From Sanchytrium tribonematis (taxonomy: Eukaryota), in contig JADGIG010000042.1 in NCBI GenBank assembly GCA_018985235.1, positions 1 to 33,755 of the forward strand: 33,755 bases of DNA, given 5' to 3'. Position 1 is the stretch's first letter, and the number at the start of each line of letters is the position of its first letter. The notes beneath the pieces were generated by a model. The model worked only from the letters and a program-made list of their open reading frames with translations, was not told where the DNA came from and did no database searches. Shown one piece after another: positions 20,221 to 28,429 of the stretch. The position numbers and the translations under genes are program-made.

Positions 20221-21270
20221 TTATGCCACAATCTCGAATTCGGCTTTTCTTAAAGCGTCTTCGTCACCGTACTTGAATTCAATGTTCAACTTTATCTCAC
20301 AGTTTACGGGTGACTGGATCCAGCACCAATATTTCTCAATTCCAAAAACCATAAAGGAATTTGGCATGAAATTTGGAACCGGATCGTTTGGAATGGGCTC
20401 ATCTGCCGCCAGGGCATTCAAAGTGACCTGAAATTTTGATTCCTGGTAATGAATCGTTAATGATATAATATTATTTTGAGTATTTGTAAGGCGGATTAAG
20501 ACTTGATCATCTTGTTTTTTGTAAATCAGTGCTCGCGGCAAATATTGGTTCGCACAGAATGAAACTGTGGGCATTGTTTGATTAACCTTAGGCTCTAATT
20601 TGGTAAGCGTGAAACCACATTGGCATAAAATATCTCTTTTTGTTTTAAGTCTAATTCTTTCAGGTAAAAAATTCGTTTTATATTCTGAATTAAAAATTGG
20701 ATAATAAGAGATTTGAGCCGACTGATTTGCGTCTGGTATATTAAACAAAACTTGATCATTGTTGGAGTATGTGGTTTTTAATAAAAAAGTCATTTTTTCA
20801 TCATCGGTGGCATCAATTTCTCGCAATGGAAATTCCAAATCATCAGAAATGGGACCCTTTGAAAGTTTGTACCTATTTGGTTTACTTTGAAACGAGTGGA
20901 TATCCTTCAGATTTTGCTTTCTCTTTTCAAATTGTTTGACGAAGGCCGAGTCATTTGTTGCTTTTAAAATTTTGCCGCCAATTCCGGTACTTTTTTCAAA
21001 TTCAAGATATTGGTAATTGCAGTAGCAGCATATAAGTTTGTTTTTGTATACTGACAGAGTCACAGAGCATAAAGGACAGCACAAGCATGTTCTTGTGCAT
21101 TTACCTAAATCCTGAGTCAATGACAAACTTGGAACATCAAATAAACAATTCGGACAATATAGAGATATTACAACGTCGTCTACATTTTTTGTAAACTTAT
21201 TGCACGCAGGACAGTAGTAGAAATTGTACAATTCGTCCAAATCGTTATCAATCTTGTATAGTACAGACAT
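20221..21270 (-). CDS. DCTN4: Dynactin subunit p62 (DCTN4)
   Basis: LYNFYYCPAC, YCPNCLFDVPS, CTRTCLCCPLC, CCYC, LPERIRLKTKR..CQCGFTLTKLE. Confidence 0.85.
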   Translation of the reverse strand: MSVLYKIDNDLDELYNFYYCPACNKFTKNVDDVVISLYCPNCLFDVPSLSLTQDLGKCTRTCLCCPLCSVTLSVYKNKLICCYCNYQYLEFEKSTGIGGKILKATNDSAFVKQFEKRKQNLKDIHSFQSKPNRYKLSKGPISDDLEFPLREIDATDDEKMTFLLKTTYSNNDQVLFNIPDANQSAQISYYPIFNSEYKTNFLPERIRLKTKRDILCQCGFTLTKLEPKVNQTMPTVSFCANQYLPRALIYKKQDDQVLIRLTNTQNNIISLTIHYQESKFQVTLNALAADEPIPNDPVPNFMPNSFMVFGIEKYWCWIQSPVNCEIKLNIEFKYGDEDALRKAEFEIVA

Positions 21271-21291
21271 TTTCAAGGAGAAACATATTTA

Positions 21292-21543
21292 TTATTCGTA
21301 AATCGGTAATGGATCCGCTGTCCGCAGCATATCGGTACTGGTAATGATATAGTTTGGTCGATTTATAACTTGAAAATCATAATCAACGTCTTTTGCAAAT
21401 CGATTGTAAAGCCTATGCTCCCGAATTCCTTCTTCATTGCATTCATTTGACTTTCTTCTACGATGCAGAAAATAATGAACCAAGATATAAAGCACTGCTA
21501 CGAATAGCAGCACGATGTTGATATATAGTCCAATAGTAAACAT
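21292..21543 (-). CDS. Small single-pass membrane protein, unknown function
   Basis: N-terminal hydrophobic helix followed by RRRK; C-terminal LPIYE resembles the LPxY tails of fungal membrane proteins; fills the gap between genes. Confidence 0.55.
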   Translation of the reverse strand: MFTIGLYINIVLLFVAVLYILVHYFLHRRRKSNECNEEGIREHRLYNRFAKDVDYDFQVINRPNYIITSTDMLRTADPLPIYE

Positions 21544-21692
21544 TTACGTTTTGGGCAAATTCTCCGTATGAAATTGTATTGGTTCCAATGACGTGAAAAT
21601 CACTTTTTCTTGTTGTAAAAAACGAGGATATCAATTTTTTTAAATCGGCAACCTTTTATTCCTTTCACTGAAATTATTGCTGAAACCTTGCA

Positions 21693-22247
21693 ATGATTGT
21701 TTCACTGCTCTTGACATTTTCGTTGGATTTTAAGTTTGACCCGCAACAAAGGTATATATTATTTGCACACAATCATCGATCAGAACAGTCTGTCTGGTAT
21801 GATGAAGAATACTGGACAACATTTTCGCACAATTATAAGGGAAATATTCAATTAATGAAGATGGACGAATCTGATCCCACAACTTTGTGTATGTTTGACA
21901 TTAAAGCGTATCCGGTTGTGAGGCTAATATACAACAACACCTATGGTCGTGTTTTACAGCTTGAATCACTTAACGATATTGCAATGTACAAATTTGACGA
22001 AAGCCAAATGCCTTCAAATCTCGCTACATACTTTACAAACTATACGAACGAGGTCTCTAAAATGTGCACAGTACAAAGTAAGATATTCCATCACTTTGAA
22101 AATTTAATTTATAATTTTGAAAGTAATTATAGTGATTACCGGTCCAATTTTCCGTATCCAAGTTTGTATGCATTAGGACATGACTTACCTCTATGTATAC
22201 TATTAGTTTATTATGTCGTGAGGAAAACCTATCAGCTTTTGAAATAA
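21693..22247 (+). CDS. Secretory-pathway protein, possibly with a redox-inactive thioredoxin-like fold (TMX-like)
   Basis: Short signal-like N-terminus; IQLMKMD...LCMFDIKAYPVVRLI resembles the thioredoxin cis-Pro region; no CxxC; hydrophobic C-terminal segment. Confidence 0.45.
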   Translation: MIVSLLLTFSLDFKFDPQQRYILFAHNHRSEQSVWYDEEYWTTFSHNYKGNIQLMKMDESDPTTLCMFDIKAYPVVRLIYNNTYGRVLQLESLNDIAMYKFDESQMPSNLATYFTNYTNEVSKMCTVQSKIFHHFENLIYNFESNYSDYRSNFPYPSLYALGHDLPLCILLVYYVVRKTYQLLK

Positions 22248-22264
22248 ATTTTACTGTTATCACA

Positions 22265-22829
22265 TCATGAGAACATTGATTTCGCTACTGTCGACAGGAT
22301 TGCAAACTTTCTCAATTTATCGAAAGATATTTCTTGCTCTACCAGCTCTATGTTTTCTGAGGCAAACAATTTTCTCAAATAAAATTGTGATTCAGTTTCA
22401 TCAGGCTCAGACTCTAAACTCTCATGCGAATTTGACTCCATCTCTAGTCCATCGACTTTTGAATCTTTTTTGGAGACCGTTCTTTTCCTAAATGTTTTTA
22501 AATCTTTTGGGTTTATTCCGTGATTGACAAAAACGTGTCGGTTTAAATTTTGTTTGTGCTGTATTAATCAAAATTACCTTGAATGAATATCCACAGTCGG
22601 CAACAGGACACTCATAAGATCGAAATGGAACATGGCATTTCAAATGAGTCTTCAGTCTAAACCTTGTTGTTGTTTTAAAAGCACACTCTTTCCACAAGCA
22701 AGGTTGCCCAGACGAATTGGAAAAACACAATTTCTGCAAGTGTTGTTTTTCGATGTGTAAAAACAAATCCTTCTCTGATTCGAAGCGCGACTCGCATAAA
22801 TTCCATAAACAGATATGTTGATCTTCCAT
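22265..22829 (-). CDS. C2H2 zinc-finger transcription factor (PacC/Gli-like, three fingers); two exons (22829-22578, 22558-22265), 181 aa
   Basis: CLWNLC...HIEKQH, CLWKEC...HLKCH; the third finger CPVADCGYSFK-HKQNLNRHVFVNH is completed only after splicing; exon 2 is open to TGA at 22265. Confidence 0.85.
22559..22577 (-). other. 19-nt spliceosomal intron (GTAATTTTGATTAATACAG), phase 0
   Basis: Removal supplies both His ligands of zinc finger 3. Confidence 0.93.
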
Positions 22830-22926
22830 ATTTATTATATTAAAGGCGGTGGCTTGTCAAATTGTCTGGACTATTTTTTGTGACTGGATATGCTAGGTAA
22901 CAAGGCCAAAATTAAAAAGAATGTGT

Positions 22927-23325
22927 TTATTGACTATAGATGACGGGTTTGTAATCCTGATATGAATATTCTACAACAGAACGCGCCAATAACACTAAAG
23001 AATTAAAAGCAATGCTTATTGCACTATATTTTATAGCTGAGAGATTTCCAGACTCGTTTGCGTAAATAAAACTAATCACACTGCAGGAGCAAGAACTAAT
23101 ATGCAAAATCAAAATTGAAACCAGCCATTGTGAAGTCAAACTTGCAGCCTTATTAATAATGTAATAACTAAAATCAAATATTAACAGTATTCCTAGTAGC
23201 AGTCCAAATATAAATGAAATTTCTAATAGCAAGTTTCTTTGAGAGTAATCCATTGTTTTTTTGGTGATTTTTTCCAATTTTTCGAATTCTCTTGGAACGA
23301 CTCTTTCCAATTTTCGTTGTATCAT
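22927..23325 (-). CDS. Small membrane protein with about 3 TM helices, unknown function (start at 23325 or 23253)
   Basis: Three hydrophobic helices; stop codon embedded in AATAAA; start ambiguous. Confidence 0.55.
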   Translation of the reverse strand: MIQRKLERVVPREFEKLEKITKKTMDYSQRNLLLEISFIFGLLLGILLIFDFSYYIINKAASLTSQWLVSILILHISSCSCSVISFIYANESGNLSAIKYSAISIAFNSLVLLARSVVEYSYQDYKPVIYSQ

Positions 23326-23338
23326 GTCATAAAACAAT

Positions 23339-24043
23339 TTATTTTGGTAAAGATCCAGAGTACCAGAGCATTCTACCATCTCTATAACATTTAATCACCG
23401 AGTTATCACATGCGCCCTCTTCAAGTTTATCAGGATCTTCTAAAATCTTTTCATTGATTTCAACTGCAAACTCCAGTTCTACAGGGTTGACAGAAACAGG
23501 ATAACCTAATGATACTACTTCCATTTCTTCGAGAATAGGAGTTTTGGTTTGTAATAGAGCCTCAATAAGAGCTTTCCAAATTAAGCTGTAAATATTTCCA
23601 TCATCATTCAAAATACTTATGTCCGCATAAATACACCATGAATGTTGTTCGGAAATAATAAGCTTACTGAGATCTATAACATTCCACTCTCTAATATGCG
23701 CATTAATCAGTTCCGCGTAAGTCAGCGCTTTTTCGATTCTATCAAAATTTGTGCGGTTTTTAGTTCTTGGTAATTTGCAGTACGGTATAAAGTAGCCTTC
23801 TTCGACATCGAGTCTATTTTCTGCTATCTCTAGCCGAATCCAAATCAATACAACACTATTACCTGCCTTTGCCAAAACACAATTTTTCAAAGGTTCTACA
23901 ATCTTATGCATCTCTACCTTTCGTTTTTCATTAAAGTTTCTTTTTGATAATCTTTCATTGCTCTGAGCGTATTTTCTGACCACTAGTGGTGGATGCGATT
24001 GCAAAACTACTTTAGAATCTATTGACACAGGGAAAACATTCAT
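23339..24043 (-). CDS. RRP43: Exosome core RNase PH-like subunit, Rrp43-like
   Basis: ERLSKRNFNEKR, LAKAGNSVV, LIISEQHSWCIYADISILNDDGNI, ALLQTKTP, DPDKLEE. Start placed at ATG 24043. Confidence 0.75.
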   Translation of the reverse strand: MNVFPVSIDSKVVLQSHPPLVVRKYAQSNERLSKRNFNEKRKVEMHKIVEPLKNCVLAKAGNSVVLIWIRLEIAENRLDVEEGYFIPYCKLPRTKNRTNFDRIEKALTYAELINAHIREWNVIDLSKLIISEQHSWCIYADISILNDDGNIYSLIWKALIEALLQTKTPILEEMEVVSLGYPVSVNPVELEFAVEINEKILEDPDKLEEGACDNSVIKCYRDGRMLWYSGSLPK

Positions 24044-24112
24044 TCCTTGAAATCTCCTTATTTTAGATTGACATGCTAATCCCAGAAATATCATTGGAAA
24101 ATGCGTAATAAT

Positions 24113-25603
24113 TTAATTTACTAAACTCGAATATTTTTTAGCTGCTTTTAAATATAAATGTCGGTTTGGTTTAAATAAGCTCATTAGATGCTGCCAAATT
24201 TCAGGGTCATTGGAATCTTGAGCAAACTTAAGAATGGTTTTCGCTGAATTATCTTCGTAAAAATGGACGCATTTGATTAATTCAAAGATGTCATTGTATC
24301 TGAGCTTTGGATGATTCAAGATCATCATTATACTTTCATCACATAACATCGCATCACTTATCAGTCTATAAACCTTATCGGATAGTTTAAAATTGTTTTC
24401 AGCAAACTGATTAATTATCAAATCAATATCTTTCTCTTCAAATTTCAGTTTGCTAATTAGATCGATCTTCGTTCCCCAAGAGTAATCGGACTGCAAAACC
24501 AATTCAACAGATTCAGTCTTTAATTTTAGAAACGCCTTTTTACAACCCATTCTAGCTCCTAATTCGTAAATTCGGGTAATGCAATCTGAATCAGAATTTA
24601 TGAGCTCAACAATGTATCTGTGGGAATAGACCTGGTCTATAGAGAGTAGCCAATTTTGAAAATTAACAAATATTTCAGAATTATCACATAGCAATTCATA
24701 TTCTTTAACACAATCTACAAAAGTTGCTTGAGAGTTATTATATAATATTTCAATTAGTTTTGACTTGAACGAGTCCTCGCCAAACTTTTTGAAGCATTCC
24801 AAACTAATTTCCTTCTGTAAATGCTTAAGTTGAGGAATGAAGTCCAATTGTAAAAAAATATCATCTAATAAAGACACAAATTTCGCGACATCATCAATGG
24901 TCATAAGAATCACTTTCTTAAATAAAACATTGAAAACCTCGCTGTAATTTTCTATTTGTTTCATATTCTGAAGTTGCTGTGGCGACTTATCAAATTCCAG
25001 ACTGGTGTTGCTAATTAGTTTTGATCGTTCGTAAACTTTTTGTATATAAATACACTCTAATTTTGCAAAAGAGATTAACATATCAACGTCTTCAGTCACA
25101 AACCTTAGTCCTCTAAGCAAAACCGCCTTGGCACCCATATGATTTTGACGATCAATCATTTCATATTCTGCAGATTTTAGATACGGTGAAGCATTATTTG
25201 GAAAAAGACGAATCATCGTTGTCAATTGCGAAGATGCCCTGTTAGACATTTTGTTTTTGATAAGCCATTCAACAAATGAGGAATGATTCTCAATACTAGG
25301 AAATCTATAACACAACTTAGAGTACAAATTCATAATTCTATTTTTGATCGACCTGTCAGCCCGTGTGGACTTGTAGCTTTCATTTCCAATGGTATTTGCA
25401 TACCTCATTGCCTCGATACTCTTCTCGTAATGAATATATTGGTCATAATCAGATTCAAGAGTGATCCGGCGATGAATCCTAAACTCGTATTTCTTCCTCA
25501 TTTCGATGATTTTATCTACTTGTTCCTGGCTGAAAGCATTTTTATCCTGCAGTTCTTTTAAATCCGGAAGCATTTTTTCCAAATGATATTGTGCAACCTC
25601 CAT
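24113..25603 (-). CDS. UTP6: U3 snoRNA-associated protein 6 (HAT repeats)
   Basis: QYHLEKMLPDLKEL...IIEMRKKYEFRI...YDQYIHYE, AKAVLLRGLRF, FAKLE. Start at ATG 25603 or 25624. Confidence 0.85.
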   Translation of the reverse strand: MEVAQYHLEKMLPDLKELQDKNAFSQEQVDKIIEMRKKYEFRIHRRITLESDYDQYIHYEKSIEAMRYANTIGNESYKSTRADRSIKNRIMNLYSKLCYRFPSIENHSSFVEWLIKNKMSNRASSQLTTMIRLFPNNASPYLKSAEYEMIDRQNHMGAKAVLLRGLRFVTEDVDMLISFAKLECIYIQKVYERSKLISNTSLEFDKSPQQLQNMKQIENYSEVFNVLFKKVILMTIDDVAKFVSLLDDIFLQLDFIPQLKHLQKEISLECFKKFGEDSFKSKLIEILYNNSQATFVDCVKEYELLCDNSEIFVNFQNWLLSIDQVYSHRYIVELINSDSDCITRIYELGARMGCKKAFLKLKTESVELVLQSDYSWGTKIDLISKLKFEEKDIDLIINQFAENNFKLSDKVYRLISDAMLCDESIMMILNHPKLRYNDIFELIKCVHFYEDNSAKTILKFAQDSNDPEIWQHLMSLFKPNRHLYLKAAKKYSSLVN

Positions 25604-25750
25604 ATAAGTTTGAAGGAGTTGCATTAATTACGCTACTACTTGACAAAAACACCGTTTTTGCACTCTACAAACAACTTGAAATTTGAAAGAGGACTAATTG
25701 TTCGCCGTTTGTTGAAACGTCGAAGAAGTTTTCCCCCTCATACATAATTG

Positions 25751-26726
25751 ATGTTCTATCGTATATGGGCTATTTCTCTCGTACTGCTAGCAATTGTTAT
25801 ATTATGGCCGTCTCCGGAGTCTATTAAGACAAGAAAATCACCCACCGCACCGGTGAATGACAAAATCAGATGGCTAATTTTACATGTTGATCAAAATTTG
25901 TTATTAGATAAATTTAACAGAACTTTGGGTTCATTAAATTATAAAGATAATACTCTTTACTTTAACCCGTATACGTACAATTTATGTTATAATTTAGACA
26001 GCGTTAGCTTGCCGTCAGAATGTATCATTCATACAAATTATGAAAATTCTACTGAGCTGCTTACTCAATGCTTAATTGCAACAATGAGGGGGGACATCGA
26101 AAGAAAAGGTGAAGCATTTAAAAGATGGTATGGTGCTTCAGTCCATTTTAGCTACGATGGTGTCTTGGATATGCTCGATATTCTTGACAACTTTGCTTGG
26201 GTCAGCACCGACTTTGATGCGCAAGGTAACCTGTATTTATTTAGATTATTCGGACTATTTTCAAACTCACTATAATAACGATTCTTTGCCGTATAGTGTT
26301 TTGGTTCCTGAGGCGCCATCTGCGCAAGTACCTAGTGTCATAATGAACACCAAAAACACACAAATATGTTTGTCCTCAACTGTATGTGCTAATATCAGTA
26401 CAAGCTGTTTATATTACCCTTCTTCATTCAAAAATGCTACTGTTAATAACACACACTATATATATCAATCGAATCTGAGAAGTTTCAATCAATCTGTCAG
26501 TCTAAAATGTCAAAATACGACTGACCTATCCGGTGATATTATCAATTATAACCCGAACTTATACAAAATTCAACAAAGTATTACAAAATGTTGTAACCCA
26601 GAGATTCTTAAGCCAAATCCAGTCGTTAAAGAGAATGATGAAACTAAATTCAAAGAGAAATCAAACGGCGCATATAATGTTTTCTTGTCTGTGGGTGCAA
26701 TTTTGTTTGTCTTTCTGATTTATTAA
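25751..26726 (+). CDS. Unknown secreted/surface glycoprotein (signal anchor, Cys-rich, C-terminal hydrophobic tail); two exons (25751-26225, 26245-26726), 318 aa
   Basis: Two overlapping ORFs are merged in frame by a consensus 19-nt intron; many N-x-S/T sequons; C-terminal hydrophobic stretch with no cytosolic tail. Confidence 0.7.
26226..26244 (+). other. 19-nt spliceosomal intron (GTAACCTGTATTTATTTAG), phase 1
   Basis: Joins ORF 25748..26275 to ORF 26109..26726 in frame (FDAQ-D-YSDYF); full match to the consensus. Confidence 0.88.
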
Positions 26727-26777
26727 ATAAGAATAAATTTATTTACTTGTCACTCATAATAATTTTTAAAACCTCCT

Positions 26778-28050
26778 ATGAAAGTTGTAGTGTCCTATAA
26801 AGGTACTAAATATAGTTTCGACGTTGCGGGCAATACGATTGGAAAAGATTTTAAACAGAAAGTCTTTGAAAGAACTGAATTACAAGTCGAACGACAGAAG
26901 TTGCTCGTGAAAGGCAAGAAAATCGAAGATGATACAAATCTGAATGATATTTTACAGGAGGGTAGTGTCATCTTTTTAATGGGATCCAATGCTACAATTG
27001 CTGCGCCTAAACCTGTCGAGAAAATGGAATCAGATAAGCCTTCGTCCAAAAAAATTAGCCTTCCTGTGGGTTTGAAAAATTTGGGAAACACTTGCTATTT
27101 AAATGCTACTATTCAATGCTTCAAACTTGTTCCTGAGCTTGTGGATGGTCTGAATCTTGCAAACCCAACTCTTCAATTGCTATTTAAAGAAATGGATAAA
27201 AATGTTGAAAAACAAGAACCCGTAAATCCAATTGTATTTTACACTTTATTTAAAACTGAGTTCCCTCAATTTTCACAAACGCAAACAGTTTCCACCGGAA
27301 TGGGGAATGTTCAGACAAACGCTCAACAAGATGCTTCCGAGAGCTGGAGTCAGCTCTTAGAGTCTTTTTTTCGGAAAAATCCCAAATTGGAGGACCTGTT
27401 TAGAATCCAATTACTAGAAACACACAAATCTGAAGAGTCACCAAGTGAAACCTCGGTCAAAACAATTTTTGAGTCCATGATGAAAATCAATATCAATCAA
27501 ACCACAACTTACTTAGAAGCTGGCATAAAAGACTCGCTCCACAGCCATTTGGAAAAAAGATCTGATGTTTTGAACAAACAAATTCAATTTCAGACAACCA
27601 GCCAGTTCGCATCGTTGCCCAGATATTTAAACGTAAATTTAGTTCGATTTTACTGGAAGCAACCAAGCAATGTGAAAGCAAAAATACTGAAAAGCGTTAA
27701 ATTTCCATTTGTTTTGGATTTGTATGACCACTGCACCGACGAGTACAAAAATATAATTAAGGATTCAAGAGTCAACGCTCTTAAGGACAATCTTAGCAGT
27801 GAAGGGGAAGTAAGTGGTGTGTATGATCTAGTCGGAGTACTGACTCATATAGGAAGATCATCAGATAGTGGTCATTGTACTTTAAAATAACTTAGACATT
27901 GCTTGGATAAAAAAAGATAAGCTTTGGATTAAATGTGACGATGACACAATGAGTGTTGTTGATGAAAATGAAATTATTAAACTTTATGGCTCTGCAGATT
28001 GGCATTCTGGGTATATTTTGTTATATCAAGCCCGACTTGCCAAGAAATAA
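26778..28050 (+). CDS. UBP6: Proteasome-associated deubiquitinase Ubp6/USP14; two exons (26778-27876, 27896-28050), 417 aa
   Basis: N-terminal UBL (ERQKLLVKG), Cys box GLKNLGNTCYLNA, QQDASE, His box GRSSDSGH-YIAW restored by splicing, CDDD, ADWHSGYILLY. Confidence 0.95.
27877..27895 (+). other. 19-nt spliceosomal intron (GTACTTTAAAATAACTTAG), phase 1
   Basis: Removal restores the USP His-box SGHY motif and the C-terminal 51 residues. Confidence 0.96.
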
Positions 28051-28079
28051 ATTTCTAAATCGGACCCTTTTGAAACAAA

Positions 28080-28412
28080 ATGCTGAAGCGATTTTTTTCT
28101 ACTAAGTTTCTCAGAAACGAAATAAAATTTACAGAACAAGCCAAACAAGATTTCAAAGCACAAGCTGAACGTGAACATCACGCTGAGCAACTTGGTGATA
28201 AATGGAAAAAGGCTGCCATTTATGGTTGTGGTCCGTTAGTGGTATTATTGACCATATACAGCTTGAGAAAAGAAATGGAACATCTTTCTCATGCACATAA
28301 AGAAGATACTGAATACGAGTATCTATTTATCCGCAAAAAACCATTCCCATGGGGAGATGGTAAAAAATCATTTTTTCACTCTGATAAATTTAACCACGTG
28401 AAGGGTCAATAA
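28080..28412 (+). CDS. COX13: Cytochrome c oxidase subunit VIa (Cox13)
   Basis: EHHAE...WKK + TM helix + YEYLFIRKKPFPWGDGKKSFFH; mitochondrial presequence-like N-terminus. Confidence 0.93.
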   Translation: MLKRFFSTKFLRNEIKFTEQAKQDFKAQAEREHHAEQLGDKWKKAAIYGCGPLVVLLTIYSLRKEMEHLSHAHKEDTEYEYLFIRKKPFPWGDGKKSFFHSDKFNHVKGQ

Positions 28413-28429
28413 AAGAATGTGATCGTTAT

